DNA of 64,000 nt from a bacterium (GCA_044869275.1 JBIOXB010000239.1:18843-82842), one strand, 5' to 3'. Shown: positions 30,396-39,998, numbered from the stretch's first letter. The notes: a model not told the origin generated them from the sequence alone. Numbers and translations: made by a program.

Positions 30396-32708
30396 ATGGG
30401 GCAATACTGGGTTAAACTGTGGGAGCGACTCGGCAGCAGGCGACCACCAGGGTCGCTGTTGTCAGAAGTGGAAACACCAATCCGGTTTGCCACGCATGCG
30501 ACGCACACGACGATCATTACCCATTCGCCTGAGGCCCAGAACGGTGCAGCCGGCGTGGCCATTGATGCCGGCATCACCATTAATTTCAGTGAGGCGGTGA
30601 ACGTTGCCGGCAGCTGGTTCTCGATTGTCGGATCCTCCAGCGGTTCACATACGGCAACAGTCAGTGGCGGCCCGCAAAACTTTCTTCTGAACCCGGACGT
30701 GGATTTTTCCGACAATGAAACCATAACCATCACCATTTTTGCCGCCAATGTGACGGATCAAGACGCCAATGATCTTCCGGACAATATGACGGAGGACTAT
30801 ACATTTAGTTTTAGCACGATCACGGTGGCAAGCAACGTGGTAATCAACGAGCTTGATTCTGATACACCTGGCGCCGATGTCCTGGAGTTTGTTGAACTAT
30901 ATGACGGTGGTGCGGGCAATACCGCCCTTGATGGCCTGGTGGTTGTCTTCTACAACGGCCTCGGTGACGTCTCCTACAGCGCGTTTAATCTTGACGGCTT
31001 CAACACGGACGCCAACGGCTATTTCCTTTTGGGCAATAGCGGCGTCGCCCCGACTCCTAGTATTATTTTTGGCAACGGTGTTTTGCAAAATGGAGCGGAT
31101 GCCGTAGCCCTCTATGTCGCGAACGCCTCGAGTTTTCCCAGCGGCGCTGCTGTAACCACCACGAATTTGGTCGATGCTGTTGTGTACGACACCGATGATG
31201 CGGACGATCCGGGCTTGCTGGTGCTGTTGAATGCCGGCCAGCCGCAAGTCAACGAGAACGGTGCTGGTGACGTTGTCAACCATTCAAGCCAGCGCATTCC
31301 CAATGGATCCGGCGGAGCACGCAACACCGATACGTATGCGCAATTCCCGCCAACGCCTGGAGCAGAAAACGTCGGCCCGCCGCCGCCAGTCATGGCCGAA
31401 ATCTTTGAGATCCAGGGTTCAGGGTTCATCTCACCCCTCGCCAACCAAACCGTCATCACCGCAAACAACGTGGTCACTGCCGTCGCTTCGAACGGTTTCG
31501 CCATGCAGACGCCCGAGGCGAGAGCTGACGCTGATGTCGAAACCTCCAATGGCATTTTTGTTTTCACCGGCAGCGCGCCAACGGTCTCTGTCGGCGACTT
31601 CAATGCTTATCAGTTCACTGATGGTTACGTGGATGCAGTGGGCCAGATCGCCGGCAGTTTCACACCGAGCGACAACTTGTTGTCCGGTCCGGATCTCGTG
31701 TCTCCAGATTTGACGAAACAGGTGCTGAGCCTGCCGGCAGAAGAGCAGTATTCCTTTATATTCGACGGCAGTGCGCAAGTGCTGGATCACATGCTCACTT
31801 CGCAGGCGGTCAAACCAACCGGACTGCAGTATGGAAGGGGCAACTCAGATGCCGCCGAAACTCTAATCGAAGATGACGCCACACCGCTGCGTTCGTCCGA
31901 CCATGACGGGCTGGTGTTGTATCTAGATGTCGTGCCACCCGCAATTACCATCACCGGAAGTCCGAGCAAGCTATGGCCACCGCATCACGCGTATCAGACA
32001 TACGACATCACTGATTTCGTTACCGCCGTAACGGATGGCGGCACCTCCGGCCTCTCGCCCGCTGACGTCTTCATCGTCGCGGCGACCAGCGATGAGGCGG
32101 AAAATGCGCCGGGCAACGTCGATGGCAATACCACGGGCGATATTGTGATTGTCGATTGCCAAACGATCAAATTGAGAGCGGAACGCGCCGACAATGGCAA
32201 CGGGCGGGTTTATACCGTAAACGTCGCGGCTGAAGATGCTTCCGGCAACCTTGGAAGCGCATCATTCCAAGTTCATGTTCCCCTAAGTCAATCGGGAACA
32301 GTTGCAGCTGACGACGGATCAGCGTATGCAGTCCCAAGCGCTTGCAGTGCGCCAGCGTTGAGTGTTGCGCCACCGGCTGCAACTGCGCGGTCCGACGCTC
32401 ATGCCTCCGAGGAGTTTTCAGAAATTCCGGTTGATTTCGGGTTAGAGCAGAATTTTCCCAATCCCTTCAATCCAGAAACCGCTATTCGTTTCCAGCTCCC
32501 AGAGGCCAGCCACGTGGTCATTCAGATCTACAACACGCTGGGTCGCGAGATCGTCACGCTGGTCGACGGCCAGTACAGTGCTGGCTCTCATCGCGTGCGC
32601 TGGAATGGCAGAAACAGTTCCGGCGAAGTGCTGGCAAGTGGCGTGTATTTTTATCAGCTTCGGGCAGGCAGTTTTAATCAAGTACGGCGGATGAATTTGT
32701 TGCGGTGA
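30396..32708 (+). CDS. Ig-like + lamin-tail + truncated ExeM-like nuclease (OB/EEP remnants) + T9SS/FlgD CTD; probably degenerate
   Basis: ITINFSEAV (Ig-like), VVINELDSD..EFVELY (LTD), EIFEIQG..TSNGIFVF (OB), GDFNA..YSFIFDG..VLDHML..SSDHD (EEP C-term), NFPNPFNP; no signal peptide. Confidence 0.75.
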   Translation: MGQYWVKLWERLGSRRPPGSLLSEVETPIRFATHATHTTIITHSPEAQNGAAGVAIDAGITINFSEAVNVAGSWFSIVGSSSGSHTATVSGGPQNFLLNPDVDFSDNETITITIFAANVTDQDANDLPDNMTEDYTFSFSTITVASNVVINELDSDTPGADVLEFVELYDGGAGNTALDGLVVVFYNGLGDVSYSAFNLDGFNTDANGYFLLGNSGVAPTPSIIFGNGVLQNGADAVALYVANASSFPSGAAVTTTNLVDAVVYDTDDADDPGLLVLLNAGQPQVNENGAGDVVNHSSQRIPNGSGGARNTDTYAQFPPTPGAENVGPPPPVMAEIFEIQGSGFISPLANQTVITANNVVTAVASNGFAMQTPEARADADVETSNGIFVFTGSAPTVSVGDFNAYQFTDGYVDAVGQIAGSFTPSDNLLSGPDLVSPDLTKQVLSLPAEEQYSFIFDGSAQVLDHMLTSQAVKPTGLQYGRGNSDAAETLIEDDATPLRSSDHDGLVLYLDVVPPAITITGSPSKLWPPHHAYQTYDITDFVTAVTDGGTSGLSPADVFIVAATSDEAENAPGNVDGNTTGDIVIVDCQTIKLRAERADNGNGRVYTVNVAAEDASGNLGSASFQVHVPLSQSGTVAADDGSAYAVPSACSAPALSVAPPAATARSDAHASEEFSEIPVDFGLEQNFPNPFNPETAIRFQLPEASHVVIQIYNTLGREIVTLVDGQYSAGSHRVRWNGRNSSGEVLASGVYFYQLRAGSFNQVRRMNLLR

Positions 32709-32741
32709 TTTAGTGCTGCGGTGGGAGGGCGGAGGCTTCTA

Positions 32742-32796
32742 CATGGCATAAAATACCTGTGCCGCTTTCATCGTCTTAGTGATGGAAGCGGCACAA
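32742..32796 (+). repeat. Direct repeat copy 1 with internal 15-bp hairpin
   Basis: catggcataaaatacctgtgccgctttcatc-gtcttagt-gatggaagcggcacaa. Confidence 0.85.
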
Positions 32797-33128
32797 GCGT
32801 TGCGCGCCGCACGGGAAACTGCATCAAGCAAAGAGTTTTCTACGGGGTATTGGGATGAGTTCGGGCAACTCAATTTCTCAATCTCGTGTGTCAGTTCGTG
32901 GTCGCGGACGGATTTATGCTATTTCCCCTGTAGCAACCATTCTTTTACAGCAAAAAAATCCTCAAACACTCCCCTAGCGTACAGAATCCGCTCCAGCAAC
33001 TGGGTTCAAAAACTACCTATAGTGACAAAGCACCGGGGACCATCACCTTGCGCCTGGAAGGCTCTGTCTTCTTATCTTGCCAAAGTGCTGGCTAGCCAAG
33101 ACCTCTTTTAAATCAATGGGAGCGACTT

Positions 33129-34931
33129 ATGAGCTTGCGCAAAATCCTGGAGACAAACTCCGCTTGTAGTCTGGCCGCTCAGCAAATTACTGAGCATGTG
33201 ACGCAACTTTGTTCCAGACTTACCCCTCTGCCTTTCTTCACCCTGCACAATGAGGTCCATCTAAAAAACGTTGAGCTCAACTTGGACAAAATGCTTTTTC
33301 CTCATGGGCTCGCCTGTGTCATCCCGCAAATGAACGAAACAGAAGCATTGTTGCTGTTGGCAGGAACTTGGCTGCATGATATCGGAATGCTGCGGGGACT
33401 GTTTGAAGATGATGGGCAATGCAGTGATGACCAGATTCGAGACCAGCATGAAAAACGGGCAGCAAAATACATCAGTGAATACTGGCCACCTGCAATCTAT
33501 TTGGGGCCGGATTTGCAATGGTTCAAGCTCGGGATCAGCAATATCGTCTTGTACCACCGCAAGCGCCACAATATTGGCGAATGCCCGTCTGAAATACATG
33601 TGGACGGCCAGCGCGTTCGTCTCCAGCTTCTCGCTGCACTGCTGCGCCTGGCCGATGCTGCCGAGCTAAATGGCGAGCGTACGCCTGATTTTCTCCGGCG
33701 GCTCTATTTCGCCATGGGCATGTCCGCTCACCACCTCGAGCATTGGGCAAAATATCAATTGGTCAACACCGTCGCGTTTGAGCCTCAAAACCGCGAAATC
33801 CTGATTCATGCTCTGATTCCCAAAACCGCGAGCTTAAACGACTTCGACTTCAAGGTCATCGTTGAAATTCTTGCATGGGAAGTACAGGAAGAGTTGGACA
33901 CGGTTCATAGCGTTCTTGCTTCCTATGAAGAGCTGGCCTATCGCACCGTAACCCCGAAGTGTCGCGAAGTGAAATACTTCCCTAATCGCGAGGAGCTTGT
34001 CCTCGCCTTCTCGCCCTATATCGTCATGGAACAGCCCAGCGCCGGCACCATGGCGGCCAGATTCGCCGAGGTCTTGCTGGAAGCATGCGCCATCCATGGC
34101 CACTCTCCTGAGCGGCTGCGGGAATTCGCCGAGGAATTGTACAAAAGGATCGACGAACGGCGACCGGACAACGTCGCGCTTACCAATGTTTGGCGGGAAC
34201 TGCAAAACGCATGGAGCCAGAATGCTGCTATCAACGTCCGAAACAGTGTGGAGCAGGTCGCTCAACTTTGGGTGCGCCAGCGCCAGGAGGCGGTCGAATC
34301 AATCAACACAACGGCGAAGCTGGACATCCAACCTGGCGATCTGCTGATTGTGCTAGGGTACAGCGCGTGCGTGCGCGCTTTGCTCGCCGGCATCACCAAT
34401 CATTCGGATATCCACATCTATGTTGCCGAGCTTCGCGGACGCACCTTGCTGCCGTGGCGCAACGAGCCCGAAGCCAGCGAGGGCATCCGAATGGCGCTCG
34501 AGGCCAAACACCTCGGTTACGACACCTCGTTCGTGGAAGCAACGTGGGTTCCAACCTTTTTCGAGCTCAATAGGGAACTCCCATTATGTAACAGTGGCAG
34601 GATCTTGGTGTTGTGCGGCGCGCGCGGCATCCGCCAGGATGGCAGCATGCTGAATACTCCCGGCCATCTCAGCATCGCCAGCGCTGCCAAGACCTACGGT
34701 ATCCCATTCTATCCGGTGACTGAGTTGAGCAAATTCTCACGCGAGGCCATTGCGCCGCCGCGAGAGGTTACTCCCTCCCGGGAATTCGCAGATATCCCGC
34801 ACTCCCAGAAACTGAGGGAAGCGAACATCAGAATTCGACGCCCATACCTCGACTTGGTTCCGGCTGAACTGATTACAGGATTCGTCACCGAACGGGGTAT
34901 ATTGAAACCGGAAAAAATCTCGCAGAATTAG
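33129..34931 (+). CDS. HD-family phosphohydrolase (HD-CE-like) fused to an eIF-2B alpha/beta/delta (ribose-1,5-bisphosphate isomerase-like) domain
   Basis: FTLHNEVH, WLHDIGM, IRDQH, LYH, LLRLADA, EHW; C-terminal RP..VAL.N, GYSACV, VAELRG..EG, GARGI..DG...N..G, GIPFY...ELSKF, DLVPAELITGFVTERG. Confidence 0.8.
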   Translation: MSLRKILETNSACSLAAQQITEHVTQLCSRLTPLPFFTLHNEVHLKNVELNLDKMLFPHGLACVIPQMNETEALLLLAGTWLHDIGMLRGLFEDDGQCSDDQIRDQHEKRAAKYISEYWPPAIYLGPDLQWFKLGISNIVLYHRKRHNIGECPSEIHVDGQRVRLQLLAALLRLADAAELNGERTPDFLRRLYFAMGMSAHHLEHWAKYQLVNTVAFEPQNREILIHALIPKTASLNDFDFKVIVEILAWEVQEELDTVHSVLASYEELAYRTVTPKCREVKYFPNREELVLAFSPYIVMEQPSAGTMAARFAEVLLEACAIHGHSPERLREFAEELYKRIDERRPDNVALTNVWRELQNAWSQNAAINVRNSVEQVAQLWVRQRQEAVESINTTAKLDIQPGDLLIVLGYSACVRALLAGITNHSDIHIYVAELRGRTLLPWRNEPEASEGIRMALEAKHLGYDTSFVEATWVPTFFELNRELPLCNSGRILVLCGARGIRQDGSMLNTPGHLSIASAAKTYGIPFYPVTELSKFSREAIAPPREVTPSREFADIPHSQKLREANIRIRRPYLDLVPAELITGFVTERGILKPEKISQN

Positions 34932-34947
34932 CTGGCGCCGATTTCCG

Positions 34948-35003
34948 CATGGCATAAAATACCTGTGCCGCTTTCATCCTTTTGAGAGATGGAAGCGGCA
35001 CAA
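34948..35003 (+). repeat. Direct repeat copy 2 with internal 15-bp hairpin
   Basis: catggcataaaatacctgtgccgctttcatc-cttttgaga-gatggaagcggcacaa. Confidence 0.85.
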
Positions 35004-35048
35004 ATGTTTGGCTCAGATCCCGGGATTGCAAAAAAGACAAACAACTTC

Positions 35049-35113
35049 CAGCGGATGGAAACAACCCAACGGATAAATCAGCTTTATATCAGTTGGGTTG
35101 TTTCTATCCGCTG
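35049..35113. repeat. 27-bp-stem inverted repeat between convergent genes (REP-like or bidirectional terminator)
   Basis: cagcggatggaaacaacccaacggata / tatcagttgggttgtttctatccgctg; 2 mismatches, 11-nt loop. Confidence 0.75.
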
Positions 35114-35159
35114 AGGAATGTTTTTGGGTTGCGGTTCTTCCGCGCCGGTGATCAAACTC

Positions 35160-36407
35160 TTATTCATAACTCAACGCCTTGACCGGTTCGAGCTTGGAGG
35201 CGACGATAGCAGGCCACATGCCAAAGGTCAGGCCGACCATCGTGCAGAAGATTAATCCACCAACGGCCCATTCCATCGGCACAGAAACAGCAAAATCGGT
35301 AAACAGCGTGACGATATTGCCCAACCCGAAACCGACGAATACCCCCAGAATCCCGCCGACATTGCACAGCACAATCGCTTCGATCAAAAACTGCGTGAGA
35401 ATACTCTTTCTTTTGGCGCCGAGCGCCTTTCTGAGCCCGATTTCCTTGGTCCGCTCCGTCACCGACACCAGCATGATGTTCATGATGCCGATGCCGGCGA
35501 CGACTAACGCCACGATGCCCACGACGAACGCACCGAGCTTTACACCTGCCGTGGCTTGGTTGAACGACTTGATCATGCTGTCATTGCTGAAGATGGTGAA
35601 ATCATCCTCCTCGCGCGGCGGAACTTTGCGTGCGGCGCGCAGCACCAGCCGCGTTTCTTCGATGGCATCTTGCACCAGCTCCGGCCGCCTCGCCCGCACC
35701 GTGACGTTGACCGAGCGCGCCTCGCCACGTTGGTCCCTCATGCCGTAAACTTGTTGGAAAGTCGTGATGGGGATGATGTTGTAATTGTCGTAATTGCCGC
35801 CCATCGCAGAGTTTTTCTCTTCCATCACACCGATCACGCGATATTTTCTGTCATCCAGCCTGATGGTCTTGCCGATGGGATCGGTGAAAGGAAACAGGGT
35901 CTCCGCAATACCATGTCCGATCAAGACGACAAAGCTGCTGGTCATGATATCTTGATTGGACAAATTGCGTCCCAGCCGCACGAAGTGGGTGTTGTTGGGA
36001 CCATACTCCGGAGTGCCGCCGCAGATCGTCAAATTCTTGTTGGTGATCTCATTGCGATATCGCGCGATGTGGCCGAAGCTCCACAATTCGGAACCCACCA
36101 AATCGACAGTCGCGACATTTTCCCGGATGGCGTCGGCATTGGCCACGGTCACAGGTTTGCGCCGCTGAATCTTGCGCCAGTCAACGTCATGGTTAAAGCC
36201 GCCAGCGGGCATTTTTTGCACCTGGAAAGTGGTCGTACCCAGCACGCTCATTTCTTTTTCCATGGTGTTTTGAATGACGGAAATGCCCGTCATCACCGCG
36301 ATGATGGAAGCGACACCGGCGATAATGCCGATCAACGTCAGCATCGAACGCAACTTCTGCGCGCGGATCGCCGCCAGCGCCATTTTTACTGCTTCGGTTA
36401 AGTTCAT
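35160..36407 (-). CDS. MacB/FtsX-like ABC transporter permease
   Basis: KLRSMLTLIGIIAGVASI, VAGIGIMNIMLVSVTERTKEIGLRKALGA, EPVKALSYE. Confidence 0.93.
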   Translation of the reverse strand: MNLTEAVKMALAAIRAQKLRSMLTLIGIIAGVASIIAVMTGISVIQNTMEKEMSVLGTTTFQVQKMPAGGFNHDVDWRKIQRRKPVTVANADAIRENVATVDLVGSELWSFGHIARYRNEITNKNLTICGGTPEYGPNNTHFVRLGRNLSNQDIMTSSFVVLIGHGIAETLFPFTDPIGKTIRLDDRKYRVIGVMEEKNSAMGGNYDNYNIIPITTFQQVYGMRDQRGEARSVNVTVRARRPELVQDAIEETRLVLRAARKVPPREEDDFTIFSNDSMIKSFNQATAGVKLGAFVVGIVALVVAGIGIMNIMLVSVTERTKEIGLRKALGAKRKSILTQFLIEAIVLCNVGGILGVFVGFGLGNIVTLFTDFAVSVPMEWAVGGLIFCTMVGLTFGMWPAIVASKLEPVKALSYE

Positions 36408-36466
36408 TTATTGGCTCATCTGAATTTAGTGATTGAACTTGATCACTCACGCACAAAATCGTCACC

Positions 36467-36492
36467 GTCATTCCCGCGCAAGCGGGAATCCA
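36467..36492. repeat. REP/dRS3-like palindrome GTCATTCCCGCGCAAGCGGGAATCCA
   Basis: ATTCCC-N8-GGGAAT core, located just downstream of the GIY-YIG relic. Confidence 0.75.
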
Positions 36493-36512
36493 TTTTACTC
36501 ATGTCAGTTGAG

Positions 36513-36674
36513 TTAAAGCTTGTCATAAAGATCTTCCCACTCGGGATTCAACTTTTCTATCAGTTCCATTTTCCATGCTCGATTCCATTTCTTAAGTCGC
36601 TTTTCTCATAGGATTGCCCGATAGGGATCATCAATTCTTTCAAAATACACCAGTCGATGAACTTGATATTCCTT
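36513..36674 (-). pseudogene. GIY-YIG nuclease relic (C-terminal half, internal stop)
   Basis: Manual translation KEYQVHRLVYFERIDDPYRAIL*EKRLKKWNRAWKMELIEKLNPEWEDLYDKL*. Confidence 0.85.
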
Positions 36675-36698
36675 TACAGGCAATTCTGATGAACTTAT

Positions 36699-37937
36699 CT
36701 ATTCATACCTCAATGCCTCTATAGGATCCAAACGCGCCGCTTTGAAGGCCGGGACAATGCCCGACAACACACCGACGATTATGGATACAATCAAAGCGAC
36801 GATCACGATGGCAACGGAGATACTGGCGGGCATCAAAAACGCATTGATCACCTGGGCGACGCCGACGGCCAGCAGCAATCCCACCAGCCCGCCCAGCAGG
36901 CAGATCACCGAGGATTCAAACAGAAACTGCGTCAGAATCGTGCGCCGCTTGGCGCCGATGGCTTTGCGAATGCCGATCTCCCGCGTCCGCTCGGTGACCG
37001 AAACGAACATGATGTTCATCACTCCGATTCCGCCGACGAAGAGTGACACGCCGGTAATGAGCAAGCCGATCAAGACGATCACGCCCATGACGTTGTTATA
37101 GGCCGCCATAATCGTATCCAACTTGTTGATGGAGAAATCGTCCTTTTCAATGGGCTTGAGACCTCTGATCTTGCGCATCTCTCCGATCAAGGTATATTCG
37201 AAATCAGACATCGCCTCAGTGCTGGGCGCCTTCACGGCAATGTCGAAATTGCGATCCGCGCTGGTGCCGAACGATCGCACAAAAGAGGTGATGGGGATAT
37301 AAATCTGACTGTCAAAATTCGGCCCGCCGAAAAACCCGGCACTGCCCTGCTTTTCCATGACGCCGACGACGCGGTAAGTATCCCGGCCGATGCGCAGTCT
37401 CTTGTTGATCGGATCGACATTATCAAAAGCGCGCTGTTTGATGTCACTGCCGATTACGCAGACTTTTTTCTTGTATTGCACGTCGAGTCCGGTCATGAAT
37501 CTGCCAAATTCCGGCAGCGAGCTCGACACCACGATGTGCTTGTCCGTGGTGCCGATGATCCTGACGTCTTGCAGCGTGTTGGATTCGTACTTGACGTTCT
37601 TATTGGTGCTGGTGGTCGGGTTGACGGCAACCGCGTCTTGCAGGCGACGTTCCAGCTCCTTCGCGTATTGCAGTTGCAGGTTGTTCCGGTTCCGGAATTC
37701 GAACCAATTGCCGCGCATCACCCAGGGCATGCGCGAAACGTAGAGTACGTCCGAGCCGATGGCCGAAATACTCTCTTTGAAAGAATTGCCCAGGCCGTTG
37801 GCGGCGGTCATGGTGGTCACGACCGCGACGATGCCGATGATGATGCCCAGCGTGGTGAGCAAGCCGCGCGACTTATTGGCGCGAATCGCGGTCAACGCGA
37901 TGCTGAGCGTCTCACTCAATTCTGTGAACGTTCTCAT
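36699..37937 (-). CDS. MacB/FtsX-like ABC transporter permease
   Basis: NKSRGLLTTLGIIIGIVAV, VGGIGVMNIMFVSVTERTREIGIRKAIGA, DPIEALRYE. Confidence 0.93.
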   Translation of the reverse strand: MRTFTELSETLSIALTAIRANKSRGLLTTLGIIIGIVAVVTTMTAANGLGNSFKESISAIGSDVLYVSRMPWVMRGNWFEFRNRNNLQLQYAKELERRLQDAVAVNPTTSTNKNVKYESNTLQDVRIIGTTDKHIVVSSSLPEFGRFMTGLDVQYKKKVCVIGSDIKQRAFDNVDPINKRLRIGRDTYRVVGVMEKQGSAGFFGGPNFDSQIYIPITSFVRSFGTSADRNFDIAVKAPSTEAMSDFEYTLIGEMRKIRGLKPIEKDDFSINKLDTIMAAYNNVMGVIVLIGLLITGVSLFVGGIGVMNIMFVSVTERTREIGIRKAIGAKRRTILTQFLFESSVICLLGGLVGLLLAVGVAQVINAFLMPASISVAIVIVALIVSIIVGVLSGIVPAFKAARLDPIEALRYE

Positions 37938-39280
37938 GTCCGGGGGTCTTTTTTGGCGTCGTTATTGACCTTAACCTCTAATCCGTTCTGCAAATCCTTG
38001 CTGATAGCGCGGAAGCTGCCGACCACCACTTCATCATCCTGCGTCAGGCCGTCGAGGATTTCGATATGCGTATCACTCTGAATTCCGCTCTTCACTTGCC
38101 GGGCTTGAACCTCTCCATTTTTTACTACGAAGACCACTTCCACGAAACCATCCTTGTCCGGCACATATGTCGTTGCAGACGGCTCGTCAGCAATCGCCTC
38201 GCCCTTTTTCTGGGGTTTTGTCTTTTGCTGTAGCTGATCCATCGTGCGGACCGTCACGCTCTGAATCGGAACCGCGATCACGCTGTCGTGCGTGGCAGTG
38301 ACGATGTCGCAACTGGCGGTCATTCCCGGCCGCAGATCCGCTGTCGATCGTCTCGCATCTTGCCGCACTTCGATGGTCTTGGCCACGCCATTCGTCCCTG
38401 CCCCGGCCATAGTGCCAATAATCGCGACTTTGACTTCGAATTCGGTTTTCTGGTCGGCAGTGCCGGTGCCGCTGACCTTGGCGGTGTTGGCGATTTCTGA
38501 GACAAAACCTCGAAAGATCGTGCCCGGCACGGCATCCACCTCGATATGCGCGGTGTCATCCAGTGCAATGCCCACGACGTCGTTTTCGTCCACATCTACG
38601 AGCGCCTCCATGCCCACCAGATCGGCGACCACTAAAATGACGTCCTCCTGAAATTGCGAGCCGAGCGCAATTTCACCGACTTCTTTGTTGAGTTGGCTGA
38701 TCGTGCCGGCCATGGGCGCGTAGATTCTGGTCTTGGACAAGTCGTCCTTGGCCTGTTTCAAAAGGGCTTTGGCCTGTTCCACGTTGTTGAGCGCCGACTC
38801 GTATCGCGCTTTCTCAACCTGATAAGTTGCCGTGATCGCGTCGAAAGTGGCCGAGGACTCGAGCTGCTTTTCAAAAAGCTCTTTCGTGCGTTTGTAATCT
38901 TTTTCCGCTTTCAGCATGCTTTCTTTGGCGAGCACCGCGTCGGACGCGCTCGACCTCTGGCTCGCTTCGGCGCGCTCGGCGGCTGCCACATAACGCTCGC
39001 GATCCAGCTCGACCAGAAAATCGCCCTTCTCCACCCAGTCCCCCTCATTGACCGCCAGCTTGGTGATCTTGGCGCTGACGTCGGCGCTGATGTTGACCTG
39101 AATGTGCGGCTGGACTTTGCCGGTGGCAGTCACGGTTTCAATCACTTGCTGTCTTTTGACCGGTGCAGTTTGCACTTCAAGCGCTTCGCTGCGGTTCTTT
39201 TTCATAATGCCCGCTACCACCGCAGCAATGACGACTGCAGCCACGCCCGCAATGATCAGTAACTTTTTTTTCTTTGACAT
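37934..39280 (-). CDS. Periplasmic adaptor / membrane fusion protein (MacA/HlyD-like)
   Basis: N-terminal TM, VTATGKVQP..VNISADVS, EGDWVEKGD, IYAPMAGTI, LRPGMTA, VPIQSV; start MSKKKK at 39280. Confidence 0.9.
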   Translation of the reverse strand: MSKKKKLLIIAGVAAVVIAAVVAGIMKKNRSEALEVQTAPVKRQQVIETVTATGKVQPHIQVNISADVSAKITKLAVNEGDWVEKGDFLVELDRERYVAAAERAEASQRSSASDAVLAKESMLKAEKDYKRTKELFEKQLESSATFDAITATYQVEKARYESALNNVEQAKALLKQAKDDLSKTRIYAPMAGTISQLNKEVGEIALGSQFQEDVILVVADLVGMEALVDVDENDVVGIALDDTAHIEVDAVPGTIFRGFVSEIANTAKVSGTGTADQKTEFEVKVAIIGTMAGAGTNGVAKTIEVRQDARRSTADLRPGMTASCDIVTATHDSVIAVPIQSVTVRTMDQLQQKTKPQKKGEAIADEPSATTYVPDKDGFVEVVFVVKNGEVQARQVKSGIQSDTHIEILDGLTQDDEVVVGSFRAISKDLQNGLEVKVNNDAKKDPRT

Positions 39281-39578
39281 TTTCTCCGCATCTCCGGTTA
39301 TGTTGAAAACAAGATGATGTAGTAGTGCCTTTAAGCACGGACTGAACAAACGGCTCCCCAAGGAGCTACTACGAACAGCAATTTCGTGCTAATCCTGTAA
39401 CGCAAAAACAACGTGTCAATTCTACCAAAATGCCCGCAAGCGTGTCGGGTTTTCAGATTGATATGGGCTGGGAAGGTTAAGGCAATACAACAACATAGAC
39501 GATAAGTGAGGAGAAATGTTTCAGGCAATTATGCCAATGGCAATCCAGCCGGTGGCACATTCATCTTGATTTTCTTTC

Positions 39579-39931
39579 GCGGTCATTAGTAAGGCGAAGA
39601 CCGCTTGCGAGGTATCGGGCCACGCCACTCCAGACCATTTTGTTGAAGTCAACAAAATGGTTGACCTCGGCTCTGGTAGTCAGCGTGAAGTGGATGATCT
39701 CATGCTCACACGGAGATTACCATCTTCAATGCCAAACAATGGCAAATGAATGCCGAAAGTGTAATTTCTAATGAGCATATCACCAACAACAAAGCCGTTC
39801 GCAAAACGCTGCTCGAACGTGGTATCCGCCCGGAAAGCCTGCCGGCGGCAGAAGACGTAAAAAAGGTCGAGCGCCGCCTTGCCTCAGAAGAGAAGAAATC
39901 CTTGAAGAATCCCGACGCTCTGGACTCCTAA
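39579..39931 (+). pseudogene. dinD: DNA damage-inducible protein D relic (5' truncated, internal deletion with frameshift)
   Basis: Frame 1: VISKAKTACEVSGH..DHFVEVNKMVDLGSGSQREVDDLMLTR; shifted frame: TEITIFNA..EHITNNKAVRKTLLERGIRPESLPAAEDVKKVERRL. Confidence 0.85.
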
Positions 39932-39998
39932 GATTGCTTCAGCGCTATCGTTCCTCGTCAGGAGGTGTACCTTAGCCGAACATGAATGCCAGTATTTT

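Noticed and set aside
32779..33111. 110-aa ORF upstream of the HD-eIF2B gene as a possible partner
   Set aside because: Starts inside the repeat hairpin, has no RBS and no protein-like motifs
32742..35003. Integron attC cassette
   Set aside because: No RYYYAAC/GTTRRRY ends and no integrase in the window
36600..36612. In-frame TGA in the GIY-YIG fragment as selenocysteine or recoding
   Set aside because: The position is normally Arg (CGA>TGA) and the gene lacks its N-terminus; other genes use TGA as stop
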